DNA of 64,000 bases, taken from positions 1,976 to 65,975 of the forward strand of contig CAYVQT010000006.1 of assembly GCA_964453665.1 (NCBI GenBank), written 5' to 3'. The stretch comes from an uncultured Dehalococcoidia bacterium (GTDB lineage: Bacteria > Chloroflexota > Dehalococcoidia > SZUA-161). Shown here in pieces: positions 54,665 to 63,847 of the stretch. The number at the start of each line of letters is the position of its first letter. Position 1 is the stretch's first letter. The position numbers and the translations under genes are program-made. A model generated the notes under the pieces. The model was not told the DNA's origin and did no database searches. It saw only the letters and a list, made by a program, of their open reading frames with translations.

Positions 54665-55368
54665 AGAACTTCGGCGGTTTCCCGGGCAAGACGAAATATA
54701 CGCCTATTCCCAACACGTTCTTCAGCGCTGTGCTGCCCCAGATCGATGATATTGCCGAGCTTAAAGTAACGCTTCATATCTTCTGGGTTGTGTACCAGAA
54801 GCGTGGCTACCCCCGTTTCGTTACGTACAGCGAACTGCTCGCCAGCTCGGTTCTGAAGAGGAAACCGGGGGACGAAGGCCCCCTGGATGAGCTGCTGCAA
54901 CACAGCCTGGACCAGGCGATAGAGCGTGGAACGCTATTACGCTTGACCATGGAGCGTGACGGGCAGGTTGATGACCTCTATTTCGTGAATACCGAGGCCG
55001 ACAGGCGCGCTGTTGATAGAATAAGGAGCGGCGAACTCGAGATAGGGAAGCTGGTCACGAGCGAGCCTTACCCGGCAGGCCAGGAACAGCCCAACATCTT
55101 CGCCCTATACGAGCAGAACATCGGCATGCTTTCCCCGATAATAGCCGAGGAGCTTAAGGAGGCGGAGAGAACCTATCCTGCTTCGTGGATTCAGGACGCC
55201 TTCAGGGAAGCAGTTGACCTCAATAAGCGTAACTGGAGATATATTTCCCGGATACTGGAGAGATGGGCAGCGGAGGGCAAAGACCATGGAGAGCATAGGC
55301 GACATACTAAAGCGGAGTCTGACCCCGAAGAGTACTACAGAAGGTACGGACACCTCCTCAAGAGATAA
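54661..55368 (+). CDS. DnaD-domain replication/primosome protein
   Basis: The C-terminal IFALYEQNIGMLSPIIAEELKEAERTYPASWIQDAFREAVDLNKRNWRYISRILERWAAEGK is the DnaD/DnaB_2 signature. The ATG overlaps the dnaB stop. Confidence 0.7.
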   Translation: MKNFGGFPGKTKYTPIPNTFFSAVLPQIDDIAELKVTLHIFWVVYQKRGYPRFVTYSELLASSVLKRKPGDEGPLDELLQHSLDQAIERGTLLRLTMERDGQVDDLYFVNTEADRRAVDRIRSGELEIGKLVTSEPYPAGQEQPNIFALYEQNIGMLSPIIAEELKEAERTYPASWIQDAFREAVDLNKRNWRYISRILERWAAEGKDHGEHRRHTKAESDPEEYYRRYGHLLKR

Positions 55369-56692
55369 CGCTGCCGAAGGAGCAAACGGGGAGGATGAGT
55401 GCCCTCTGTGCAAAGGGAGAGGCTGGTTGCGCTTCGACGTACCCTTCGGGCATCCCGACTTCGGCAGACTGGTACCCTGTAAGTGTACCGAGAGGGAGTT
55501 CGAGGATGAGCACCTCACTCGACTCGAACGATACAGCAATCTGGGACCGCTGACCCGTCTTACCTTCGACAATCTGCTGCCCCGGGGCCGCAGCAGTGAC
55601 CCTCAAAATCAGGAGAGGTTCGCTCAATGTTACCAGGTGGCAACAGGCTTTGCCCGGGAGCCCAAAGGGTGGCTGGTCCTGAGAGGACCGAGCGGTTGCG
55701 GCAAGACCCACCTGGCGGCATCCATAGCCAATCAGCGGCTACAGGAAGGGCACCAGGCATTCTTCATGATTGTCCCCGACCTTCTCGACCACCTGCGTAC
55801 CACGTTCAGCCCCAACAGCGATATCGCCTATGACGAGCTTTTCGAACGGGTGCGCAACGCCTCACTACTGGTGCTCGACGACCTGGGCAGTCAGAGCAGC
55901 ACCCCCTGGGCCGAGGAGAAGCTGTTCCAGATACTGAACCACAGGTTTAACGCGGAACTGCCGACGGTGGTCACAATCAACAGCATGGAAGAGCTGGATG
56001 AGCGACTGGCGGCCAAGCTACAGGACCCCGCCATAGCCCGGCAGTGCGAACTGGAGAAGCCCCAGGCGCCGCTCTTCCAGCAGGTGGGCGGCCTGAGCCC
56101 CGAATTCCTGGCCGACAAGACCTTCGAAACATTCGATACGCGGGGAATGAACGCTGACGAAAGGGGCAGGGAGAGCCTCCAGACTGCCTGGAGGGAAGCG
56201 CGCCAGTTCGCCGATACACCCGAGAACTGGCTCGTTTTCCTGGGTGTGCACGGCTGCGGCAAGACTCACCTGGCAGCGGCCATAGCCAACCACCAGCTAA
56301 GGGCGGGACGTCCCGTCTTCTTCGCCGTAGTGCCCGACCTCCTCGACCACCTGCGCTCCACCTTCAGCCCCGAAAGCAGGGTAACCTACGATCACGTCTT
56401 CGAAGGGGTGAAGACAAGCCCCCTGCTCATACTTGACGACCTGGGTATCGAGAGCAACACGCCCTGGGCGCAGGAGAAGCTCTATCAGATATTGAACTAC
56501 CGCTACAATTCCCGGATGCCGACAGTCATCACCGTCGGCGGCTTTCTGGAGGAGATAGAAGGACGTCTGAGTTCCCGGTTGACCGACCCCAAGCTGAGCA
56601 ACGTGATTTCCATCTACGCCCCCGACTACCGAAGCCAGATGAGGGCGACGGAGAATCCCAAGCCCCGCCGCCAGCCCCGCAGAGGGCGTTGA
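55286..56692 (+). CDS. DnaC/DnaI-like helicase loader with an N-terminal Zn-finger and two tandem AAA+ modules
   Basis: CPLCKGRGW...VPCKC is the Zn-finger. Module 1 is GPSGCGKTHLAASIAN...LLVLDDLG (nt 55559-56053). Module 2 is GVHGCGKTHLAAAIAN...LLILDDLG (nt 56117-56614). The only in-frame start before the Zn-finger is the ATG at 55286, which overlaps the DnaD-like ORF by 83 nt. Confidence 0.8.
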   Translation: MESIGDILKRSLTPKSTTEGTDTSSRDNAAEGANGEDECPLCKGRGWLRFDVPFGHPDFGRLVPCKCTEREFEDEHLTRLERYSNLGPLTRLTFDNLLPRGRSSDPQNQERFAQCYQVATGFAREPKGWLVLRGPSGCGKTHLAASIANQRLQEGHQAFFMIVPDLLDHLRTTFSPNSDIAYDELFERVRNASLLVLDDLGSQSSTPWAEEKLFQILNHRFNAELPTVVTINSMEELDERLAAKLQDPAIARQCELEKPQAPLFQQVGGLSPEFLADKTFETFDTRGMNADERGRESLQTAWREARQFADTPENWLVFLGVHGCGKTHLAAAIANHQLRAGRPVFFAVVPDLLDHLRSTFSPESRVTYDHVFEGVKTSPLLILDDLGIESNTPWAQEKLYQILNYRYNSRMPTVITVGGFLEEIEGRLSSRLTDPKLSNVISIYAPDYRSQMRATENPKPRRQPRRGR

Positions 56693-56747
56693 CCGGGCGA
56701 AGCTTGGGTTCCCACTATGGTGTTCACACCGTTTACACATGGTAAAC

Positions 56748-56776
56748 TTGACCTATTCCCATCTGTTGGATACAAT
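56748..56776 (+). promoter_or_regulatory. Candidate promoter for the tRNA-Ser pair
   Basis: TTGACC (56748-56753), a 17-nt spacer, then TACAAT (56771-56776). Confidence 0.5.
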
Positions 56777-56853
56777 ATGTGTTTGGTGTTAGTCAGCGAC
56801 TAATACTATGCTACCGGTATTAAAGCAGATAACAGCACATACGGGGCGGACCG

Positions 56854-56940
56854 GGAGAGGTGTCCGAGTGGTTTAAGGTGCCGCTCTCGAAAAGCGGTGT
56901 TGCTTTATGGCAACCGTGGGTTCGAATCCCACCCTCTCCG
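56854..56940 (+). tRNA. tRNA-Ser (anticodon CGA)
   Basis: The acceptor stem is GGAGAGG/CCTCTCC with discriminator G. The anticodon stem-loop is CCGCT-CTCGAAA-AGCGG. There is a long variable arm (TGTTGCTTTATGGCAACCG) and the T-arm GTGGGTTCGAATCCCAC. CCA is not encoded. Confidence 0.9.
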
Positions 56941-56941
56941 T

Positions 56942-57028
56942 GGAGAGGTGCTGGAGTGGACGATCAGGCGCGCCTGGAGAGCGCGTGGCCGGTTTACCGG
57001 CCCGTGGGTTCGAATCCCACCCTCTCCG
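56942..57028 (+). tRNA. tRNA-Ser (anticodon GGA)
   Basis: It has the same acceptor stem and T-arm. The anticodon stem-loop is CGCGC-CTGGAGA-GCGCG. There is a long variable arm (GGCCGGTTTACCGGCC). It starts 1 nt after the first tRNA. Confidence 0.9.
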
Positions 57029-57129
57029 CTTTCCTATCATCATCCCGGCGCAGGTGCAGACAGGTCGAATGGCAGATATCCAGGGGAATGGCATCTAACC
57101 GGATGCCCGGATTTACAGGGTTTTAGAGA

Positions 57130-58407
57130 ATGCCGGCAATAGCCATAATCGGTGCACAATGGGGGGACGAGGGGAAGGGGAAGATAGTAGACCTTCTCTC
57201 CGAAAACGTAAAAGTAGTCGTAAGGTTCTCCGGAGGAAACAACGCAGGGCATACCGTAGTCAACCAGTTCGGTGAGTTCCGGATGCACCTTATCCCCTCC
57301 GGTATATTCCATCCAGACGTGACTTGTATCATTGGCAACGGCGTCGTCGTCGACGCTGACGCTCTGTTAAGCGAAGTGGAAACCCTCAAGCAAAGCGGAA
57401 TCAGCACGAGCAATCTCCTGGTAAGCGACCGAGCCCACCTTATCATGCCCTATCATGTCCTTCTTGACGGACTTGAAGAAGAGGCACGGGGCAGCGGAGC
57501 TATAGGTACTACCCGCAAGGGTGTTGGCCCGGCATTTGCCGACAAGACCTCGCGCATGGGTATACGAGTCTGCGACCTGCTTGACACGGATTCTTTTCGA
57601 AAGCGTCTTGGCTTCGTTCTGGAATACAAGAACAGCATCTTGACCAAACTATATGGCGCTGCTCCTCTTTCCTTCGATGAGCTCTACCAGACCTACTGCC
57701 AGTACGGTGAGCGCCTGGCTCCCTTTGTGCGCGAGACCGACGTGATAACAAGGGAAGCGCTGGAGAGGGGCGACCGGGTCCTGCTTGAGGGAGCACAGGG
57801 CACCATGCTCGACCTCGATTTCGGCACTTATCCCTATGTTACCTCAGCGCTATCAGGCGGGGTATCCCTGGGACTGGGGATGAGCCCGTCAAATATCAAA
57901 GATGTGGTCGGAGTGTTCAAGGCATACACCACGAGGGTAGGAAGCGGCCCCATGCCTACAGAGCTTAAAGATGAGTACGGAGAGACACTCAGAGAACGCG
58001 GGCACGAGTACGGCACCACTACCGGGCGTCCCCGCAGGTGCGGCTGGTTTGACGCCGTCATCACCCGTTACTCCGCCGACGTGAACGGCTTCACCTCGGC
58101 CGCCATTACTAAATTCGACATCCTCGACGAATTTTCTACAATAAAGGTCTGCACAGCATATGAATTAGACGGGACTGTCTATACCCGCCCTCCAGCCAAC
58201 CCGGCCCTGCTCGAGAGGTGTCAGCCGGTCTATGAAGAGCTGCCGGGCTGGCAGCATAACACCAGTGATATTCGCCGTTTCGAAGAGCTGCCCGCTCAGG
58301 CTCAAGCATACGTGAAAAGAATAGAGGAGCTAATCGGGTGCCCGGCCTGTCTGGTCTCCGTCGGCCCCGGACGAGAGCAAACAATCATGGTCAGACCCAT
58401 TACGTGA
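57130..58407 (+). CDS. purA: Adenylosuccinate synthase
   Basis: IIGAQWGDEGKGKIVD, GGNNAGHTV and GTTGRGIGP-like TTRKGVGPAFADK are present. It is 425 aa. Confidence 0.95.
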   Translation: MPAIAIIGAQWGDEGKGKIVDLLSENVKVVVRFSGGNNAGHTVVNQFGEFRMHLIPSGIFHPDVTCIIGNGVVVDADALLSEVETLKQSGISTSNLLVSDRAHLIMPYHVLLDGLEEEARGSGAIGTTRKGVGPAFADKTSRMGIRVCDLLDTDSFRKRLGFVLEYKNSILTKLYGAAPLSFDELYQTYCQYGERLAPFVRETDVITREALERGDRVLLEGAQGTMLDLDFGTYPYVTSALSGGVSLGLGMSPSNIKDVVGVFKAYTTRVGSGPMPTELKDEYGETLRERGHEYGTTTGRPRRCGWFDAVITRYSADVNGFTSAAITKFDILDEFSTIKVCTAYELDGTVYTRPPANPALLERCQPVYEELPGWQHNTSDIRRFEELPAQAQAYVKRIEELIGCPACLVSVGPGREQTIMVRPIT

Positions 58408-58460
58408 TATTCGTTCAGCATGAGCAACCACCCACAAAGAATACAGGATATAAGAGGACC

Positions 58461-58490
58461 TGAACAGGTATCAGTTCTCTATGTTATAAT
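58461..58490 (+). promoter_or_regulatory. Candidate extended -10 promoter for the MaoC-like gene
   Basis: TGAACA (58461-58466), an 18-nt spacer, then TGtTATAAT (58482-58490). Confidence 0.4.
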
Positions 58491-58528
58491 AACCGCATAG
58501 GCGGCAAGAGTATCTAGGAGGTCAAAAA

Positions 58529-59662
58529 GTGACAGAAGTGTCAGACAAGCCTGAAGTAACCTTTGGCAAAATAACCGAAGAAGGCCTGGCCAAGATGAGG
58601 GCCAAGTTCGGCGTGCCCTACTACCCCATCCGGCAGAACGAAGTAGCCTCAAAGGACTCCATAAGGCAGTTCTGCAACGGGATAGGAGACGAAAACCCTC
58701 TATTTCGTGACCCCGAATACGCCACGAGAACCAAGTGGGGGCACATAATTGCGCCGCCCATGTTCCTGTACGCCGTTGCCTGCCCGCAGGGGATGGAAGG
58801 TCTGCCAGGAGTACACGCGTTCTACTGCGGCTGTAACTGGGAATGGTTCCAGCCTATCCATGTCAACGATGAGCTTAAGGTTGTCGACGTCCCCCTTGAT
58901 CTCATAGAGAAGCAGGGCAAGATGGGCGGACGCCAGTTCCTGCAGATCGGCAGGACGATATACTACAATCAGAGAGGCGAGGTCGTAGGCACTCAAAAAA
59001 GGGAAACCATGCGGGTTGATAGAGGGGCGGCCAAGGAGAGAGGTAAGTACGACCACGTGACCAAATACAAGTATACCCCTGAGGAGCTACAGAGGATCGA
59101 CGAGGCCTATAATAATGAGGAAATAAGGGGAGCGAATCCCCGTCTCTGGGAGGATGTAAACGTTGGCGACGAGGTGACGCCTGTTGTGAAAGGTCCGCTC
59201 GGCCAGACCGATATGGTGGAGTGGTGGGTAGGTATCGGCGGCGGTCAGGGTGCTCACCGCATACGCCGCAAGTATATGAAGCGACATCCAATGTGGGGCG
59301 TCAAGGACGCTCAAACGGGCACGTCTGAACCTATGGCCGACGTCCACTACGAATCGGACAAATCTGATGCTATAGGTGTTCCCGTTGCTTACGATCTGGG
59401 CATGCAAAGATTTTCATGGGGGGGCCATCTGATGACCAACTGGATGGGAGATGAAGGCTTTCTCAAGAAGCTGAGCGCCCGGTGCATTCGCTTCAATGTT
59501 TTCGGAGATACGCAGTTTGTCGGGGGAACGGTCACCAAGAAGTACCAGGAGAACGACGAGTATCTGGTCGACGTCGAGATAAAGACTGTTAACCAGCGAG
59601 GAGAGGAGACAATGCCCGGTAAAGCAACCGTTTCTCTCCCCTCGAAGGTAAGGTGGGTCTAG
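58529..59662 (+). CDS. MaoC/FAS1-like double hot-dog (acyl dehydratase family) protein
   Basis: IRQFCNGIGDENPLFRDPEYA is typical of the MaoC-dehydratase N-terminal domain. The GTG start sits 7 nt after AGGAGG. Confidence 0.65.
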   Translation: MTEVSDKPEVTFGKITEEGLAKMRAKFGVPYYPIRQNEVASKDSIRQFCNGIGDENPLFRDPEYATRTKWGHIIAPPMFLYAVACPQGMEGLPGVHAFYCGCNWEWFQPIHVNDELKVVDVPLDLIEKQGKMGGRQFLQIGRTIYYNQRGEVVGTQKRETMRVDRGAAKERGKYDHVTKYKYTPEELQRIDEAYNNEEIRGANPRLWEDVNVGDEVTPVVKGPLGQTDMVEWWVGIGGGQGAHRIRRKYMKRHPMWGVKDAQTGTSEPMADVHYESDKSDAIGVPVAYDLGMQRFSWGGHLMTNWMGDEGFLKKLSARCIRFNVFGDTQFVGGTVTKKYQENDEYLVDVEIKTVNQRGEETMPGKATVSLPSKVRWV

Positions 59663-59669
59663 GAATTCC

Positions 59670-59695
59670 GGGCAAACACATAGGTTTGCCCCTAC
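59670..59695 (-). repeat. REP-like palindrome, class 1
   Basis: The sequence is GGGCAAACacatagGTTTGCCCCTAC. Confidence 0.7.
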
Positions 59696-59719
59696 GGTGT
59701 TCACGTATGATTTTGGTCA

Positions 59720-59745
59720 GGGCAGACACACGGGTCTGCCCCTAC
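59720..59745 (-). repeat. REP-like palindrome, class 1 (tandem with 59670-59695)
   Basis: The sequence is GGGCAGACacacggGTCTGCCCCTAC. It ends 2 nt before the pyrK stop codon. Confidence 0.7.
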
Positions 59746-59747
59746 GG

Positions 59748-60563
59748 TTAGCGATCGTGTCTGTTAATCAGCGCCTCCCGAGTGGGAGGCGCTACTACTT
59801 TATCCCAGATAATATCGCTCAGGTCGAAGACAGGGCCGTCCTTACATACCAGTTTCCGGCCATGTCCGGTCTCGACGGCGCAGCTCAGGCAAGCGCCGAC
59901 ACCACAACCCATAACCGCCTCCAGAAGTACCTGCACTGGCATGTTCCCCCGTTGACCGCACATCTCAGCCATCCTCCGATACATGGGAAGAGGGCCACAG
60001 GCAAAAACCTGGTCAGCACCAGAAACAAACTGTGGTATAAGATCGGTCACCATTCCCTTCAAGCCCAGGGAACCATCCTCGGTGGCGACAACAACCTTGA
60101 TTTCGGATGGTAATAAACGTTCGGGATATATTCGGGCTTTGTTTTTATCTCCCATAAGAAGGGTTACCGAGGAACCGGTGGCGACAGCAGACTCGGCCAG
60201 TGCTATCAACGGGGCGATGCCGATACCACCGGCTACCAGGAGCAGGTTTTTCGACGAGGGCGCAATATCGAAGCCATTACCCAGCGGACCGAACAGGTCA
60301 AGCGAGTCTCCCTGCTTGCGCTGTGCGAGCCATTCCGTGCCACGGCCCACCACCGCAAAGAGAAAGGCCACGCCACCCTTTCGGGATGTCCTGTGAACGC
60401 TCAAAGGCCGCCGTAACGGCATTTCATCCCCCTCACCACACCGCACCATTACGTACTGTCCGGGACGAGCCACATCGGCTATCTCAGGAGATTGAGCCCA
60501 GAGGACATACGCCTCGGGACACAGCTCTTCATTAGAAATAACAGTTGCACCGGCTAACTTCAC
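59748..60563 (-). CDS. pyrK: Dihydroorotate dehydrogenase electron-transfer subunit (FAD/[2Fe-2S])
   Basis: RPGQYVMVR...PLRRPLSV is the FAD site, GGIGIAPL the NAD-type site, and CGVGACLSCAV...CKDGPVF the 2Fe-2S site. Confidence 0.85.
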   Translation of the reverse strand: MKLAGATVISNEELCPEAYVLWAQSPEIADVARPGQYVMVRCGEGDEMPLRRPLSVHRTSRKGGVAFLFAVVGRGTEWLAQRKQGDSLDLFGPLGNGFDIAPSSKNLLLVAGGIGIAPLIALAESAVATGSSVTLLMGDKNKARIYPERLLPSEIKVVVATEDGSLGLKGMVTDLIPQFVSGADQVFACGPLPMYRRMAEMCGQRGNMPVQVLLEAVMGCGVGACLSCAVETGHGRKLVCKDGPVFDLSDIIWDKVVAPPTREALINRHDR

Positions 60564-60635
60564 CTGATTCTATCAACTCCTTTAACTTTTATACCACCGC
60601 GAGCTGAGTTAAGCTAACCACCCGTTTTTACCGCA

Positions 60636-63600
60636 TCAGATGTCCGCGTGGTATTCCTGAAGGCTCCTGACCCCTGCATGTCCCTTCCGGTGGGCAGCGA
60701 TACCCTTGGCAGCGGAAACCGCTGCCGTGGTGGTGGTGATATATGGAACCTTGTATTTAATTGCTGCTTTTCTGATATATGAGTCATCTTCAACACTCAG
60801 CTTGCCGCTGGGCGTATTGACGACGAGCTGAATCTCGCCGTTCGCTACCGCGTCAGTTATATTGGGTCGCCCTTCGTGTCTCTTCAGAATCAGCTCCGAA
60901 TCAATGCCGTGGTCGGCGAAATACTGCCGGGTCCCCACTGTGGCCTTGATCTCAAATCCGAGTTCGGTAAAACGCCGCGCCACTTCCAGTGCACGGGCCC
61001 GGTCGAGCTCGGACACTGTAATAAGGACTGTGCCACTCAAAGGCAGGCGCTGTTTGGCAGCCTCCTGAGCCTTGTAGTACGCAAGGCCCGCGTTCTCGGC
61101 CATGCCCAGAACTTCCCCCGTCGAGCGCATCTCGGGGCCGAGCACGGGATCCACCTCAGGGAACATATCAAAGGGGAAGACCGCCTCCTTAACCCCGAAA
61201 TGAGGGATTGGCCTGCGCTGCAGGTTTAGCTCGCTCAGCTTCTTACCCAGTATAACCTGGGTGGCTACGCGCGCCATAGGAATGTTGCAGACTTTGCTTA
61301 CCAGCGGCACAGTACGGCTCGCCCGGGGATTTGCCTCGAGGATGTAAACCCTGTCCTCATAGATGGCGTACTGGATGTTCATCAGCCCCACGACATTGAG
61401 CTCCACCGCAATCTTCCTGGTGTACTCCTCAATGGTATCTATATGTTTCCGGGGAATGCTGACCGGCGGGATTATGCATGCGGAGTCACCGGAGTGAATG
61501 CCGGCAAGTTCGATATGCTCCATGACGGCCGGTACGAAGGCGTCGGTCCCGTCTGCAATAGCATCAGCCTCCGCTTCTATGGCATTGTCCAGGAACTTGT
61601 CAATCAAAATCGGACGTTCGGGAGAGATATCCACCGCCGCTTTAACGTACTCGCGCAGCATCTCTTCATCGTGTACCACTTCCATCGCACGCCCGCCAAG
61701 AACATAGGACGGGCGGACAATCAGAGGGTATCCGATATCACCGGCAATGGCTAAGGCCTCCTCCATGTTGCTGGCCATGCCCGACTCAGGTTCAGGGATG
61801 CCCAGTTCCTTCATTATCTTTCGGAACCTGTCGCGGTCTTCGGCAAGGTCGATGGTCTCAGGGCTCGTGCCCAGAATCCTGACACCGGCAGCTTCAAGCT
61901 CGGCCGCGATATTAAGGGGCGTCTGCCCGCCGAACTGGCAGATAATGCCCTCGGGCTTCTCCTTCTCGTAGATAGCCAGGACATCTTCGACCGTAAGCGG
62001 CTCGAAGTACAGTTTGTTCGAGGTGTCGTAGTCGGTGGACACGGTCTCGGGGTTGCAGTTGACCATGACGGACTCGTAACCCTCGTCGCGAAGGGCGAAG
62101 GCTGCGTGTACGCAGCAGTAATCGAACTCAATCCCCTGACCGATACGGTTAGGGCCACCCCCGAGCACCATGACCTTCCTGGCGCTGCTGACCCCCACTT
62201 TATCCGGCGCATTATAGGTAGAGAAGTAGTAAGCGGCATCCTCCACACCACTAACCGGCACAGGTTCCCACCCCTCAACGACGCCCAGAGCAGTGCGCCT
62301 GGCTCTAATCTCTACCTCCAGCACTCCGAGGATCTGGGACAGATACTTGTCGGCGAAGCCGTCCTTCTTGGCCTGCACCAGAAGCTCATCAGGCGGCAGC
62401 TTGCCTTTGTACTCCAGCAGCTGCTCCTCCAGTTCCACCAGCTCCTTCATCTGCTCGATAAACCAGGGCTTTATGTAAGTTCGCTCATAAAGGTCGCTGA
62501 CATCCGCCCCCTTGCGCAGAGCTTCGTACATAATGAACTGCCGCTCGCTGGTGGGTTCGGAGAGCAGGCTCATCAGTTCCTCCAGCGGCTTTTCATGAAA
62601 GTCCCTGGCAAACCCCAGGCCGTAACGGCGGTTTTCCAGCGACCGGATAGCCTTTTGAAAGGCTTCTTTGTAATTCTTGCCAATGCTCATGACCTCGCCA
62701 ACGGCACGCATCTGCGTGCCCAGCCTGTCCTCAGCGCCCTTGAACTTCTCAAATGCCCAGCGCGCGAATTTTACGACCACGTAATCACCCGAGGGCGTAT
62801 ATTTCTCCAACGTCCCTTCCCGCCAGTAGGGTATCTCGTCCATTGTCAAGCCTCCGGCCAGCATCGAGGAAACCATCGCAATGGGGAATCCCGTTGCCTT
62901 TGATGCCAGCGCCGATGAACGCGAGGTACGCGGGTTGATCTCGATCACCACCACCCGCCCCGTTTTCGGGTCATGGGCAAACTGGATGTTTGTCCCACCG
63001 ATGACCTCGATGGCATCGACAATGTCATAGGAATACTTCTGAAGGCGCTGCTGCAGTTCCTGATCAATGGTCAGCATGGGCGCTGTGCAGTAAGAATCTC
63101 CGGTGTGCACGCCCATTGCGTCAACGTTCTCGATGAAACAGACGGTGATCTTCTGGCCTTTGGCGTCACGCACGACCTCAAGTTCTAACTCCTCCCAACC
63201 AAGTACGGACTCCTCCACCAGGACCTGGCCGACGATACTGGCAGACAGGCCCCGGCTCCCGACCGTGCGCAGTTCCTCTACATTGTAGACCAACCCGCCT
63301 CCAGTGCCGCCCATGGTGTAGGCAGGACGGAGAACAACCGGGTATCCGAGTTTGTCGGCAATCGCTTCCATCTCCTCAACGCTGCGGGCTATCTCGCTCC
63401 GCGGCATCTCTATACCGAGGCGCATCATGGTCTCCTTGAAGACCAGGCGGTCCTCGCCGCGCTCGATAGCGTCTATGTTCACACCGATTACCCTGACGCC
63501 GTATTTCTCCAGTACCCCCGCTTTAGCCAACTCCGAGGAGAGATTCAACCCTGACTGCCCGCCGAGGTTCGGGAGCAGGGCATCGGGGCGTTCCTTCTCG

Positions 63601-63833
63601 ATAATCCTGGTCATTGTCTCGAGGTTGAGCGGCTCGATGTAGGTCACGTCCGCCGTGCCCGGATCGGTCATGATCGTGGCGGGATTCGAATTGACGAGCA
63701 CGATCTCATACCCCAGCTTCCTCAGCGCCTTGCATGCCTGAGTCCCCGAATAGTCGAACTCGCAGGCCTGGCCGATGATTATGGGGCCGGAACCGATGAT
63801 CATTACTTTCTTAATGTCATCGCGCTTGGGCAT
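60636..63833 (-). CDS. carB: Carbamoyl-phosphate synthase large subunit
   Basis: MPKRDDIKKVMIIGSGPIIIGQACEFDYSGTQACKAL is present. It has duplicated ATP-grasp halves and an MGS-like C-terminus. The ATG at comp(63831-63833) sits 6 nt after AAGGAG. The track ORF is extended by 31 codons. Confidence 0.97.
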   Translation of the reverse strand: MPKRDDIKKVMIIGSGPIIIGQACEFDYSGTQACKALRKLGYEIVLVNSNPATIMTDPGTADVTYIEPLNLETMTRIIEKERPDALLPNLGGQSGLNLSSELAKAGVLEKYGVRVIGVNIDAIERGEDRLVFKETMMRLGIEMPRSEIARSVEEMEAIADKLGYPVVLRPAYTMGGTGGGLVYNVEELRTVGSRGLSASIVGQVLVEESVLGWEELELEVVRDAKGQKITVCFIENVDAMGVHTGDSYCTAPMLTIDQELQQRLQKYSYDIVDAIEVIGGTNIQFAHDPKTGRVVVIEINPRTSRSSALASKATGFPIAMVSSMLAGGLTMDEIPYWREGTLEKYTPSGDYVVVKFARWAFEKFKGAEDRLGTQMRAVGEVMSIGKNYKEAFQKAIRSLENRRYGLGFARDFHEKPLEELMSLLSEPTSERQFIMYEALRKGADVSDLYERTYIKPWFIEQMKELVELEEQLLEYKGKLPPDELLVQAKKDGFADKYLSQILGVLEVEIRARRTALGVVEGWEPVPVSGVEDAAYYFSTYNAPDKVGVSSARKVMVLGGGPNRIGQGIEFDYCCVHAAFALRDEGYESVMVNCNPETVSTDYDTSNKLYFEPLTVEDVLAIYEKEKPEGIICQFGGQTPLNIAAELEAAGVRILGTSPETIDLAEDRDRFRKIMKELGIPEPESGMASNMEEALAIAGDIGYPLIVRPSYVLGGRAMEVVHDEEMLREYVKAAVDISPERPILIDKFLDNAIEAEADAIADGTDAFVPAVMEHIELAGIHSGDSACIIPPVSIPRKHIDTIEEYTRKIAVELNVVGLMNIQYAIYEDRVYILEANPRASRTVPLVSKVCNIPMARVATQVILGKKLSELNLQRRPIPHFGVKEAVFPFDMFPEVDPVLGPEMRSTGEVLGMAENAGLAYYKAQEAAKQRLPLSGTVLITVSELDRARALEVARRFTELGFEIKATVGTRQYFADHGIDSELILKRHEGRPNITDAVANGEIQLVVNTPSGKLSVEDDSYIRKAAIKYKVPYITTTTAAVSAAKGIAAHRKGHAGVRSLQEYHADI

Positions 63834-63847
63834 ATACTTCTCCTTCT

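Noticed and set aside
56860-57142. Four short ORFs (both strands) over the tRNA-Ser pair
   Set aside because: The sequence folds into two canonical class-II tRNAs, so the ORFs are by-products.
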